From assembly GCA_963781885.1 (NCBI GenBank), contig CAWAHW010000001.1, forward strand, positions 160,001 to 224,000: a DNA stretch of 64,000 nucleotides. Reading direction: 5' to 3'. Position numbers and translations under genes: made by a program. Each line of letters opens with the position of its first letter. Within the stretch, counting starts at the first letter, position 1. This document shows, one piece after another, positions 20,550 through 30,500 of the stretch. This stretch comes from an uncultured Spirochaetota bacterium (GTDB taxonomy: Bacteria; Spirochaetota; Spirochaetia; SZUA-6; Fen-1364). The notes under the pieces are model-generated. The model was not told where the DNA came from, did not search any database, and worked only from the letters and a program-made list of their open reading frames with translations.

Positions 20550-20600
20550 TTGACATCCGCCATTGGGCATGATTGTATTATTGTCAGACAATAATACAAT
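20550..20600 (+). promoter_or_regulatory. oppA promoter with a 29-bp palindromic operator
   Basis: TTGACA at 20550-20555. ATTGTATTATTGTC-A-GACAATAATACAAT at 20572-20600 has perfect 14-bp arms. Confidence 0.75.
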
Positions 20601-20649
20601 TTAGAAAACAACCCACGGACGTGGGAAAGCAAGGAAAAGGAGGAGTAGC

Positions 20650-22290
20650 ATGAAAGATTTCAAGACCAGATGGGCACGCATTGCGGTTTTCGCGATCGTG
20701 TTCATGGTGGGCGCGAGTGCCGTATTCGCGGCTGCGCAGAAGATTCTGTATCTGCCCGCCGACGCGGAGTTCGACAATCTCGACCCGCGGGTGTTGACGT
20801 CCACCATCCAGCAGCTCGTGCAGTTCGGCATTTTCGAGCCGCTCGTGCGCACGCACGACGGTCAGCTCCTGCCCGGCATGGCGAAGACCTGGGAGGAGTC
20901 CAAGGATGGAATGACCTATACCTTCCATCTCCGGGATGCCAAGTGGTCCGATGGAAAAGCGGTGACGGGCGGCGACTTTGTGCACGCGTTCGTGCGCATG
21001 TTCCAGATCTGCCCGGCAAGTCCCATCTATGACGACATCAAGAACGGAGCGGAGCTGCGCGCGGGCAAGGTGCAGCCGGCCGACCTCGGCGTGAAGGCGC
21101 CGGACGACAAGACGGTGGTCATCACCCTGAAGAACCCCGCTCCCTACTTCATGGGCCTCATCGCGAGCTCCTTCGGCGCGCCGGGCCGTGAAGACCTCGT
21201 CGCCAAGTACGGCGATGCCTACGGCGCGAGCGTCGACTCGCTGGCCAGCAATGGCCCCTTCATCCTCAAGGAATGGAAGAAGGACGACAAGATCGTGATG
21301 GTGAAAAACCCCAACTACTGGAACGCGGGAGCCATCAAGCTGGACCAGGTCGTCGTCTACGTCCTTCCCACCCCCCAGACCCAGCGGAATCTCTTTGACA
21401 GCGGGCAGCTCGACATGTATCTCCCCCGCGCCGAATCCGAGGCCAAGGATTACCAGGCAAAGGGCCTCCTGAGCTTCTTCGTACGCGGCGGGATCCGCGA
21501 CCTGCAGATCAACCGGCACGGCCAGAATGACCCCGTGAAGGCGAAGATCCTGAGCAATGTGAACTTCATGAAGGCCATCTCCTACGCCATCGACCGGCAG
21601 GGCTACGTGGACAACGTTCTCCAGGGAGCCGGCTACCCGGCCACCGTGCAGACGCCCCCCGGGACCGGCGTCTACCCCGGAAAGACCTGGGGCCAGGTGA
21701 GCACGAATATCGGCAAGTACCATCCCGTGAAGGCGGACCTGGCGAAGTCCAAGGCATACATGGATCTCGTGCTGAAGGACAACGGGTTCACCTCGGTGGA
21801 CCAGCTCCCGACGTTCGACTTCCTGACCTCGATCGGGCCCGACGATCCCAAGGACGTCACCGGTTACCTGCTGGGCGTCTTCAAGCAGATGGGCCTGAAG
21901 ATCAACGTGAAGCTCGCGACGGGCCAGCAGTTCTACAACAACCTGTACAAGCCCGCCCTCGCCTGGGACATGTGCCGCGCGGGGTGGGGCCCTGACTTCG
22001 ACGACCCGGCGACGTACATGGGCTACTGGGTCACCGCGTCCACCGACATGGGCGTGACCTATGAGAATGCCCAGTTCGATACTCTGTTTGCAAAGGCCAA
22101 CATGGAAACCGACCTCGTGAAGAGGGCTGTAATCCTCAACCAGGCCGAGGCCTTGTTCTCCGACAATGCGCCGTGCATCCCCATTACGTGGTATAAGGGT
22201 GAGATCGCGCTGTCGGCGCGCGTGAAGGGCTTCACGACCGCCATCACCGGACTGACGACGGACTATATCTTCGCGGACGTCACCAAGTAA
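20650..22290 (+). CDS. oppA: Peptide ABC transporter substrate-binding protein
   Basis: Signal peptide, YTFHLRDAKWSDG, SNGPF, KNPNYW, GWGPDFDDP. Confidence 0.9.
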   Translation: MKDFKTRWARIAVFAIVFMVGASAVFAAAQKILYLPADAEFDNLDPRVLTSTIQQLVQFGIFEPLVRTHDGQLLPGMAKTWEESKDGMTYTFHLRDAKWSDGKAVTGGDFVHAFVRMFQICPASPIYDDIKNGAELRAGKVQPADLGVKAPDDKTVVITLKNPAPYFMGLIASSFGAPGREDLVAKYGDAYGASVDSLASNGPFILKEWKKDDKIVMVKNPNYWNAGAIKLDQVVVYVLPTPQTQRNLFDSGQLDMYLPRAESEAKDYQAKGLLSFFVRGGIRDLQINRHGQNDPVKAKILSNVNFMKAISYAIDRQGYVDNVLQGAGYPATVQTPPGTGVYPGKTWGQVSTNIGKYHPVKADLAKSKAYMDLVLKDNGFTSVDQLPTFDFLTSIGPDDPKDVTGYLLGVFKQMGLKINVKLATGQQFYNNLYKPALAWDMCRAGWGPDFDDPATYMGYWVTASTDMGVTYENAQFDTLFAKANMETDLVKRAVILNQAEALFSDNAPCIPITWYKGEIALSARVKGFTTAITGLTTDYIFADVTK

Positions 22291-22315
22291 GGCGCCGCAC
22301 GCAGTATGAGCGAAC

Positions 22316-22341
22316 GAGGCCGGGTCGCGGGACCCGGCCTC
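22316..22341 (+). terminator. Stem-loop between oppA and oppB
   Basis: GAGGCCGGGTC-GCGG-GACCCGGCCTC followed by TCTT. Confidence 0.55.
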
Positions 22342-22409
22342 TCTTCATCCCTCAAAGTCAAAATGAAAGTCGGTGAGACCCGGGGTTCCATCCCCGGGGA
22401 AGGACGGGT

Positions 22410-23330
22410 ATGGCACGCTATATTCTGAATCGCGTCCTTGTCGCGATTCTCACGATGTTTGTCCTGGCGACGACCACCTTCTTCCTCATGCGGCTGGTGC
22501 CCGGCGACCCCATGGCCGGGCCCAAGGTGACACCGGAGGTGAAGGCGATCCTCCGCAAGCACTACGGGCTGGACAAGCCCCTGATGGAGCAATACGTCAT
22601 CTACATGGGCAATCTCCTGCGGGGGGACTTCGGCTGGTCCATGGCCAAGCGCGGCAATCGCGTGAACGACATCATCCGTGACGCCTTTCCCGCCTCCCTG
22701 GACCTCGGCGTCCGGTCGATGATCGTCGCCATCATCATGGGCCTCTTTTTCGGGATCGTCGCGGCCCTCCACCGGGGAAAGCCCATGGACTACCTCACGG
22801 TGATCCTCGTCCTGGTCGGCATCTCCGTGCCCAGCTTCGTCGTTGCCGGCCTGCTCCAGTATTTCTTCGGCGTCTACCTCCACGTCCTGCCCGTGGCCCG
22901 CTACGACAACTGGAAGGCGACGCTCATGCCGACATTCGCCCTGAGCCTCGGCACGATGGCCACCCTTGCCCGCTACATGCGCGCGAGCATGCTGGAGATC
23001 GTCAACGCCGACTACATCAAGACGGCAAAGGCCAAGGGATTGAGTCGTCTGCAGATCGTCATGCGCCACCAGGTGCGCAACGCCCTGTTCCCGATCCTCA
23101 CCATCCTGGGTCCCGCCATCGCCATGGTGCTCACGGGGTCCTTCATCATCGAGACGGTCTTCGCCATCCCCGGCCTGGGCCGGCACTACGTGAACGCGAT
23201 GCAGAATCTCGACTACACCCTCATGCTGGGCCTCACGCTGTTCTTCGGTTTCTTCCTGATCGCGATGAATCTCCTGGTGGACTTCGCCTACGGGCTGATC
23301 GATCCCCGGGTCCGGCACACGCGGGGATGA
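22410..23330 (+). CDS. oppB: Peptide ABC permease
   Basis: YIKTAKAKGL, ETVFAIPGLG, DPRVR. Confidence 0.92.
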   Translation: MARYILNRVLVAILTMFVLATTTFFLMRLVPGDPMAGPKVTPEVKAILRKHYGLDKPLMEQYVIYMGNLLRGDFGWSMAKRGNRVNDIIRDAFPASLDLGVRSMIVAIIMGLFFGIVAALHRGKPMDYLTVILVLVGISVPSFVVAGLLQYFFGVYLHVLPVARYDNWKATLMPTFALSLGTMATLARYMRASMLEIVNADYIKTAKAKGLSRLQIVMRHQVRNALFPILTILGPAIAMVLTGSFIIETVFAIPGLGRHYVNAMQNLDYTLMLGLTLFFGFFLIAMNLLVDFAYGLIDPRVRHTRG

Positions 23331-23340
23331 GGAGCGTGCC

Positions 23341-24258
23341 ATGAGCGAGCTGCCGCGGGAGATGTTCACACCGCTCGATCGGGCGGAAAAGGCCGGGCTG
23401 AAGACGGAAACCGAGACGATCGCGTTCTGGAGCGACGTCTGGCGCCGGTTCCGCAGGAACAAGGCGGGCATGGCGGGAGTGGTGATCGTCCTCCTCTTCG
23501 TGATCCTCGCGATCGTCGGCCCGTCGCTCGTGCCCTTCAAGTTCGACCAGATCGACCTGACGTCCACCTACGTCCTTCCCGGACGCGCGCACTGGTTCGG
23601 CACCGACCTCCTGGGCAGGGACATCTGGGCCGAGCTCTGGGTGGGCGCCCGCGTCTCGCTCCTGATCGGCGTCGTCTCCGCGCTGAGCCAGATGGTCATC
23701 GGCACGATCATCGGCTCCCTCTCCGGCATCTATGGCGGCAAGGTCGACATGATCATCATGCGCGCCGTGGACATCCTGATCGCGGTCCCCTTCCTGATCT
23801 GGGTGAGCCTCTTCATGCTCGTGCTGAAGCCGGGCATACAGTCCATCATCCTCGCCTTCTCCATCACCGAATGGAAAGGCATGGCGCGCCTCGTGCGTGG
23901 CGAGGTCCTGCGCCTGAAAGAGACGGAATACGTCCTGGCAAGCAAGGGCATGGGGGCTTCCACCTGGCGCCTGATCACGAAGCATTTCTTTCCCAATCTC
24001 CTCCCCGTGGTCACCGTCTCCGTGACATTCCAGGTCACCGCCGCGATATTCGGCGAGGCGTTTCTGAGCTACATCGGCCTGGGCATCCAGCCGCCGCTCA
24101 CCTCATGGGGGGTCCTGATCGCGTCAGGGATCAACGAGATGCGCTCCTACACCTACATGCTCTTCATACCGGCGGTCTTCATCAGCCTCACGATGCTGTC
24201 GCTGCAGCTCATTGGCGACAGCCTTCGCGACGCCACCGACCCGAAGCTCCGGCAGTAA
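23341..24258 (+). CDS. oppC: Peptide ABC permease
   Basis: HWFGTDLLGRD, EAFLSYIGLG, GDSLRDATDPK. Confidence 0.92.
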   Translation: MSELPREMFTPLDRAEKAGLKTETETIAFWSDVWRRFRRNKAGMAGVVIVLLFVILAIVGPSLVPFKFDQIDLTSTYVLPGRAHWFGTDLLGRDIWAELWVGARVSLLIGVVSALSQMVIGTIIGSLSGIYGGKVDMIIMRAVDILIAVPFLIWVSLFMLVLKPGIQSIILAFSITEWKGMARLVRGEVLRLKETEYVLASKGMGASTWRLITKHFFPNLLPVVTVSVTFQVTAAIFGEAFLSYIGLGIQPPLTSWGVLIASGINEMRSYTYMLFIPAVFISLTMLSLQLIGDSLRDATDPKLRQ

Positions 24259-24271
24259 GGGGCGCGCGAAG

Positions 24272-25297
24272 ATGCCACAGGAAAAGCTTCTCGAAGTGCA
24301 GAATCTCACGATCTCCTTCCACACGTTCGCCGGCGACGTCTCGGCCGTGCGCAACGTGGACTTCGACCTGCGCCCGGGCGAGGTGATCGCCATCGTGGGG
24401 GAGTCGGGGAGCGGCAAGAGCGTCTCCACGCAGGCGATACTCGGGCTCACGCCGATTCCCCCCGGCGAGATCAAGAGCGGCAAAATCCTTTTCAAAGGGG
24501 AGAACCTGCTCACCTGCAGTGCCAGACGCCTGAGCGAGGTGAGCGGCGCGCAGATTTCGATGATCTTCCAGGACCCGATGACCTCGTTGAATCCCACGAT
24601 GAAGGTGGGAAACCAGATCCGGGAAATCCTCCACCAGCACGCGCGGCTCACCCGGGCGGAAAGCGCGGAGCGGGCCATGGAGCTCATGAATCTCGTCGGT
24701 ATCCCCGAGCCCCGGGTGCGCCTGGGCCAGTATCCCCACGAGTTCTCGGGCGGCATGCGCCAGCGCGCCATGATCGCCATGGCAATGGCCAATCGCCCCG
24801 AGATCCTCATTGCCGACGAGCCGACGACGGCGCTCGACGTCACCATCCAGTCGCAGATACTCCGGCTGCTGCGCGAGCTGCAGCGCGACTTTCACACGGC
24901 CATCATCCTCATCACCCACGACCTCGGCGTGGTTGCGGGCATGGCGGACCGCATCGTGGTCATGTACGCGGGCAGGGTCATGGAGGAAGGCACGACCGAC
25001 CAAGTCTACTATCGCCCCCACCATCCCTATACGGCCGGTCTGCTCCAGGCCGTTCCGAGCCTCGCGGATGACGAGCGGAAAAAGCTGCGCACCATCGAGG
25101 GCACGCCGCCCTTCCTTCTCCATGTTCCCCCCGGGTGCCCCTTTGCCGAGCGTTGCGACTATTCGATGCGCATCTGCAAGGAAAAGGAGCCGCCGTACCA
25201 CCATCCCGAGGCCGGCAACCGGGTCTTCTGCTGGCTCTACGACGAGGGTGCATCGGATCAGCGCGCGCGATTCGCGGCAAGGGAAGTGGCGCAATGA
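24272..25297 (+). CDS. oppD: Peptide ABC ATPase
   Basis: GESGSGKS, YPHEFSGGMRQR, DEPTTALDVT, C-terminal Cys cluster. Confidence 0.92.
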   Translation: MPQEKLLEVQNLTISFHTFAGDVSAVRNVDFDLRPGEVIAIVGESGSGKSVSTQAILGLTPIPPGEIKSGKILFKGENLLTCSARRLSEVSGAQISMIFQDPMTSLNPTMKVGNQIREILHQHARLTRAESAERAMELMNLVGIPEPRVRLGQYPHEFSGGMRQRAMIAMAMANRPEILIADEPTTALDVTIQSQILRLLRELQRDFHTAIILITHDLGVVAGMADRIVVMYAGRVMEEGTTDQVYYRPHHPYTAGLLQAVPSLADDERKKLRTIEGTPPFLLHVPPGCPFAERCDYSMRICKEKEPPYHHPEAGNRVFCWLYDEGASDQRARFAAREVAQ

Positions 25298-26250
25298 CGG
25301 CAAAGATCCTGGAGCTTCATCATCTCCAGAAGCATTTCACCCTGAGCAGGGGACGGGTGCTGAAGGCCGTGGAGAACATCGACCTTGACATCTACGAAGG
25401 GGAGACCTTCGGGCTGGTCGGAGAGTCGGGCTGCGGAAAGTCCACGCTGGGAAGGACCATCAAAGGCATCTACGAGCCCACGGCCGGCCAGATCCTTTAT
25501 AACGGAAAGGATACCGCTCACATGGACGGCCAGGAGCGCAAGCTCTACCGCCGTGATTTACAGATCATCTTCCAGGACCCCTACTCATCGCTCAACCCCC
25601 GCATGACGGTGAAGGAGCTGATCGCCGAGGGGCTGGAGATACACGGTCTGGGCACGAAGGAAGAGCAGAAAGAAAGGGTCTTCGAGACGCTGAAGCTCGT
25701 GGGGCTCAGCCCCGAGTACGTGACGCGCTTCGCGCACGAGTTTTCCGGCGGCCAGAGACAGAGGCTTGCCATCGCGCGCGCGCTTGCCGTGAGGCCGCGC
25801 TTCATCGTCTGCGATGAGCCCATCTCCGCGCTGGACGTCTCCATCCAGGGGCAAATCGTGAACCTCATGAAGGACCTGCAGCGAGAGCTCGGCCTCACGT
25901 ACCTCTTCATTGCCCATGACCTGTCCATGGTGAAGTACATCAGCGACCGCGTCGGGGTGATGTACCTGGGAAGACTGGTGGAGGTCGCCGACAAGGCGGA
26001 GCTTTTCGCCAATCCGCAGCATCCCTATACGCAGGCTCTGCTGTCTTCCATCCCGATCCCCAATCCGAACATCGAGCGGCAGCGGAAGGAGATCCCCATC
26101 GAGGGGGAGATCCCCAGCCCCCTTGAAAAAATCGACGGCTGCAGCTTCAAGACGCGCTGCCCTTTCGCAGTGGCAAAATGCGACACCATGGCCTACGAGC
26201 TTCGGGACATCGGCAACCAGCACGTCGTGATGTGCACGAAGTTCCAGTAG
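25294..26250 (+). CDS. oppF: Peptide ABC ATPase
   Basis: GESGCGKS, FSGGQRQR, DEPISALDVS. ATGA overlap. Confidence 0.92.
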   Translation: MTAKILELHHLQKHFTLSRGRVLKAVENIDLDIYEGETFGLVGESGCGKSTLGRTIKGIYEPTAGQILYNGKDTAHMDGQERKLYRRDLQIIFQDPYSSLNPRMTVKELIAEGLEIHGLGTKEEQKERVFETLKLVGLSPEYVTRFAHEFSGGQRQRLAIARALAVRPRFIVCDEPISALDVSIQGQIVNLMKDLQRELGLTYLFIAHDLSMVKYISDRVGVMYLGRLVEVADKAELFANPQHPYTQALLSSIPIPNPNIERQRKEIPIEGEIPSPLEKIDGCSFKTRCPFAVAKCDTMAYELRDIGNQHVVMCTKFQ

Positions 26251-26321
26251 CCGCGCGTCGCTTTCCCTGGGCCCCTTGACGCTTGACCCCCCGCGCTCCC
26301 TGGTGTAAGTTCGTGAAGGTT

Positions 26322-26408
26322 ATGAACGGAAAAGGCTTGCAGACACGGCTCGCGCTCCTCGTCGTCGTACTCGTACTTTCGGGAGGCACCGCCGTGTGTG
26401 CACCGTAG
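26322..26408 (+). CDS. ilvB leader peptide MNGKGLQTRLALLVVVLVLSGGTAVCAP (28 aa)
   Basis: Read manually. A Leu/Val codon run lies between the promoter (TTGACC 26283, TAAGTT 26306) and the terminator. Confidence 0.8.
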   Translation: MNGKGLQTRLALLVVVLVLSGGTAVCAP

Positions 26409-26429
26409 GCTGGTCAAGCGAATTGACAC

Positions 26430-26468
26430 AAGCCCTGCTCGGTGGACACCGAGCGGGGCTTTTTTTTT
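26430..26468 (+). terminator. Attenuator terminator upstream of ilvB
   Basis: AAGCCCTGCTCGGTG-GA-CACCGAGCGGGGCTT followed by a T run. Confidence 0.88.
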
Positions 26469-26482
26469 CCGAAGGAGGGGTC

Positions 26483-28147
26483 ATGGAGTACAGCGGTGCG
26501 TCCCTGCTGATCGAGCTTCTGAAGCGGCAAGGCATCGGTATCGTGGCGGGCATACCCGGGGGCGCGAATCTCCCCCTGTACGACGCGCTGGGCCAGAGCG
26601 ACATGCGCCACATCCTCGTGCGGCACGAGCAGGCGGGCGGTTTCCTTGCCCAGGGCATGGCCCGCTCCACGGGCAAGGCCGCGGCGTGCATGGCAACGTC
26701 AGGCCCGGGCGCGGTGAACCTGCTCACCGCCATTGCCGATGCAAAGCTCGACTCTGTGCCCATCATCGCCGTCACGGGTCAGGTCGCCTCGGGGCTGATC
26801 GGCACCGACGCCTTCCAAGAGGTTGACACCTACGGCATGAGCATCCCCGTGACGAAGCACAACTTCCTGGTCCGCTCGATCCAGGAGCTGCTCGAGGTCG
26901 TTCCGGAAGCTTTCCGCTTCGCCCTCTCGGGCAGGCAGGGCCCCGTGCTCATCGACATGCCCAAGGACGTCCAGCAGGCACGGATCGATCTTGCCGACCT
27001 GCCCGCACCGGGCGTGCCCGACCCTGCCCCCGTCCCTGACGGGGCCGTGCTCGCCTCCATGGCGCGCCTGATCGCCTCCGCGGAACGGCCCCTGCTCTAC
27101 GTCGGCGGCGGCGTCGTGGCCTCGGGGGCGGAAGAGGAGGTGCGCGCGCTTTCCGCGGCGTGCGGCATACCGGTGGTCTGCACGCTCATGGGGATCGGCA
27201 TCATGGACCCGGACGACCCGCTCCACCTTGGCATGCTCGGCATGCATGGAAGCCAGGCCACGAATCTCGCGGTGGACCGCACGGACCTCCTCATCGCGCT
27301 GGGCGTGCGTTTCGACGACCGTGCAACGGGTCTCATTGCCGGCTTTGCCCCCCGCGCGCGAGTCATCCACATGGATATCGACGAGGCGGAGATCGGCAAG
27401 ATCCGGCGGCCCGACATCTCGGCGGCCTGCGACGTGAAGCGCGCCCTGCGGAGGCTGAACCGCCTGGTGGGCACGACGCGCCGGGAGGCCTGGCGGGCGG
27501 AGATCGAAGCGATGAAGCGCGCTCATCCCCTGGCCGTTCCCGACGATCCCTCCCACGCGAGCAATCTCGTGCGGTCACTCGCCGCGCTGGCGCCCGACGC
27601 GCTCCTCACGGTGGACGTCGGCCAGCACCAGATGTGGGCGGCGCAGTGCTGGCCCGTGCGCGGCACCCGGCGCTTCCTCACCTCCGGGGGTCTGGGGACA
27701 ATGGGTTTCGCGGTTCCCGCGGCGATGGGCGTCGCCCTTGCGCACCCCGGGCAGAGCGTGCTCGCGCTCACGGGTGACGGCTCGCTCCTCATCAACATCC
27801 AGGAGCTGGCCACCATCGCGGAGAACCGGCTGGACGTGAAAATCTGCGTCTTCAACAACGGCCACCTGGGGCTCGTGCGGCAGCAGCAGGAGCTTTTCTA
27901 CGGCAAGCGCTACGTGGCCTCTCGTTTCGACACGCGCCCGGATTTCGCCGCGATCGCCCGCGGCTTCGGCATCCCCGGCTGCACGATCGGCCTCCCCCAC
28001 GACAGGGCCTCGCTGACCCGCGCGCTCTCCATCAAGGGACCCGCCCTGCTGGACATCGCGCTGTGCGAGACGGAGAACGTCTACCCCATGGTCCCGCCCG
28101 GAAAGAGCAACGTCGAGGCCATCCTCAGCCAAAGGAGCGATGCATGA
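26483..28147 (+). CDS. ilvB: Acetolactate synthase large subunit
   Basis: RHEQ, TSGPGA, TDAFQE, LGMLGMHG, RFDDR, VGQHQMW, GDGS...NN. Confidence 0.95.
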   Translation: MEYSGASLLIELLKRQGIGIVAGIPGGANLPLYDALGQSDMRHILVRHEQAGGFLAQGMARSTGKAAACMATSGPGAVNLLTAIADAKLDSVPIIAVTGQVASGLIGTDAFQEVDTYGMSIPVTKHNFLVRSIQELLEVVPEAFRFALSGRQGPVLIDMPKDVQQARIDLADLPAPGVPDPAPVPDGAVLASMARLIASAERPLLYVGGGVVASGAEEEVRALSAACGIPVVCTLMGIGIMDPDDPLHLGMLGMHGSQATNLAVDRTDLLIALGVRFDDRATGLIAGFAPRARVIHMDIDEAEIGKIRRPDISAACDVKRALRRLNRLVGTTRREAWRAEIEAMKRAHPLAVPDDPSHASNLVRSLAALAPDALLTVDVGQHQMWAAQCWPVRGTRRFLTSGGLGTMGFAVPAAMGVALAHPGQSVLALTGDGSLLINIQELATIAENRLDVKICVFNNGHLGLVRQQQELFYGKRYVASRFDTRPDFAAIARGFGIPGCTIGLPHDRASLTRALSIKGPALLDIALCETENVYPMVPPGKSNVEAILSQRSDA

Positions 28148-28437
28148 ACGGCCTGCCGAATACCATTGTGAAGCTCATGGTGAGGAACCACCCGGGAACG
28201 ATGTCGCACATCACGGGTCTTTTCTCGCGGCGCGGCTTCAACCTCGAGGGCATCCTCTGCGCGCCGGTGGACAGCGGCGCCGACAGCGCCATGTATCTCC
28301 TGGTGCGCAACGACGACCGTCTGGAGCAGATCGTGAAGCAGCTCGGGAAGCTCTATGACGTGAAGTCGGTGGCCGTGCAGGACGACCTTGACCACACGGT
28401 CTTCAACCGCATCGAGGAGATGATGAACGACGCATAG
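28144..28437 (+). CDS. ilvN: Acetolactate synthase small (ACT) subunit
   Basis: VRNHPGTMSHITGLFSRRGFNLEGI, QLGKLYDV. Confidence 0.92.
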   Translation: MNGLPNTIVKLMVRNHPGTMSHITGLFSRRGFNLEGILCAPVDSGADSAMYLLVRNDDRLEQIVKQLGKLYDVKSVAVQDDLDHTVFNRIEEMMNDA

Positions 28438-28471
28438 CGTGGAGCGCCACGGATGCGGGGGGATCCGCCGC

Positions 28472-30379
28472 TCAGATCTGCTTCACCTGGAGGCAGCGGA
28501 CCATATACAGCTCGATATAGCGCAGGAGGAGATCGCGCTTCTTGATCTGCGTGAGGCTCTTGCTGATCGAAAGCTGTTCGGCAAGGGCGTGTATCCTCTT
28601 GGGGTCCGGCGGCCGCACGAGGAAGCTCCGACGGACCGGCCGCAGAAAATCGCGGACAAGGGCGTTGACGTCTTCCACGAGATTCTTCTTCTGGTCCGGC
28701 GCGTACAGCGGATTCCACTTGTCGGCGAGCTCCGCAAGGGTGGCGTCGATCGTGCTTCCTTTGGAAACATATTGCGATATCAGGGACTGCACGCTGCGCT
28801 TGTAGCGCAGGAGATTCTCCTTGCTCTGCGCCTTGCCGGCGTCTGCCTCGATCGTTTTCACGCCCGTTTCCACGGGAGCTGCCGGCGCCGTGGCCGCCGG
28901 TGCGGGAGAGCCCCCGTCCTCCGCCGCGCCCCTCCTGCCGGCGAACATCCGGCGGAACATGCGGAGGATGGAGCTCAACACGGGCACCGTCATCCAGAAT
29001 GGCAGGTAGATCCGGGCATTTTTCAGGAGCTGCACGCGGGAGAGTCCCAGGAGCTCGTCGAAGGGGCGAAGGATATTCTCCACGGCAAAGCACTTTCCCA
29101 GCTCGCGTTTCGCATCGTCGGCAATACGTGCCTCTTCGGCCGTGAGGTAGAGCAGGCCCCCATTGGACAGCGCCGTCAGAAGCGGAAAGCCCTTCTTCAC
29201 CCGGGTGTCCACGTCCTTGCGGAACGCGGCGTCGGTCTTTGCCACGACCGGGGAGCGATCCTCCCGCAGCTCCGCGGTCCACTCGTCGAGGTACTGCTTG
29301 CGAAGGACCTCGGAGCACTCGGCGAGCTTTTTCAGGAAGACCGGCACGACGAAGTCGCGCTGGATGAAATATTCCTTCTTCTGCTCCGCCGCGTGGACGC
29401 GCACGATCTGGGGGACCGATTCGTCTCCCGTCCGCTTGGTCTTCTCCTTCAGGAATGAATGGATGAAATCCTGACTGTGCTTGTTGACGAAGGTCACGCC
29501 CTTGTCGTCCTTCAGGCGATAGAGCTCCTGGAAGCCGAAGACGAACGGGCTCTTGCGGACCTGCGCCTCAAGGCTCTTCCTGTCATCCGCCCACTCCTTC
29601 TCCCGCTGCACCGCCCCCTTTTTGTGGAAGACGGTGTAGCCGATGATGTAGGCGGACTGGCACACCCCCTGGTCCTGGTCGGTCCTTTCCTGCTTCGCGC
29701 GGAAGTCTTGGAGAACGAGGTTGGACAGGTGCGTCCAGAACCGGAAGCTGAAGTCGGTGGGATCGAGAACCGAGACGGCGGCCTTCTTGGGCCGCATCGA
29801 CACGTCCTCCATCCATTGCCGTACGGACACCTCGCTGCCGCGCAGGGCCCCCAGGAGCTTCGTCTCGGCGTACGCGGCATTCTTCCCGTCTTGCAGATAA
29901 CGGCTGAGCTTTGCCACGGCGGCGTCGATCAGCTCCGCGCCCACGCATTCATGCGGGACGACCAGCGGGTCCAGGCCGTCGGGGAACTGCAGCCGCACGA
30001 TGCCCTTCATGCCGGGCGCGCTCGTCTCCAGAAGCGCACCCAACTGCGCCTTCACGTCGGCGGCGATGAGGGACCCAGCGGCAAGGGGCGCGGGCGCCGT
30101 CTCTTCGCGCGGAAAGGGCCGGCCCGGGTCGACGCTGAGACGACGGTACTCCTCCGCAAGGGCGAGGCCCGGAAAGTCCGGGATGGTCACGATGCGGGGT
30201 TTTCCCGCCTCCACGGAAACAATGGTGAGATCGGCGAGCTCCGTGACGGCCGCCTCGATCTCCCCCGGCTGGACCTGGCCCTTGGTGAGAGAGGTCGCGA
30301 ACTGGCGCAGATCTATCGTCGCGCTTTTCGTGCGAAGCGCGAACGCCTGCAAAAGGGGGAGCAAGTCCTTGGCAAGCAT
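28472..30379 (-). CDS. Hypothetical cytoplasmic protein (635 aa)
   Basis: Long ORF with host-like codon use. TTGAAC-17-TACACT ends 11 nt before the ATG. Confidence 0.75.
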   Translation of the reverse strand: MLAKDLLPLLQAFALRTKSATIDLRQFATSLTKGQVQPGEIEAAVTELADLTIVSVEAGKPRIVTIPDFPGLALAEEYRRLSVDPGRPFPREETAPAPLAAGSLIAADVKAQLGALLETSAPGMKGIVRLQFPDGLDPLVVPHECVGAELIDAAVAKLSRYLQDGKNAAYAETKLLGALRGSEVSVRQWMEDVSMRPKKAAVSVLDPTDFSFRFWTHLSNLVLQDFRAKQERTDQDQGVCQSAYIIGYTVFHKKGAVQREKEWADDRKSLEAQVRKSPFVFGFQELYRLKDDKGVTFVNKHSQDFIHSFLKEKTKRTGDESVPQIVRVHAAEQKKEYFIQRDFVVPVFLKKLAECSEVLRKQYLDEWTAELREDRSPVVAKTDAAFRKDVDTRVKKGFPLLTALSNGGLLYLTAEEARIADDAKRELGKCFAVENILRPFDELLGLSRVQLLKNARIYLPFWMTVPVLSSILRMFRRMFAGRRGAAEDGGSPAPAATAPAAPVETGVKTIEADAGKAQSKENLLRYKRSVQSLISQYVSKGSTIDATLAELADKWNPLYAPDQKKNLVEDVNALVRDFLRPVRRSFLVRPPDPKRIHALAEQLSISKSLTQIKKRDLLLRYIELYMVRCLQVKQI

Positions 30380-30500
30380 ATCGTGAATAAAGTGTAGTCC
30401 AAGGATTCCGCCCGTTCAAGTTCGCGCATGCGGCGCGCAAAAACGCTTTGCCTTGAAATGCACCTTCCCGCCGAGTAGACTGTACAACGAGACAGGCACA

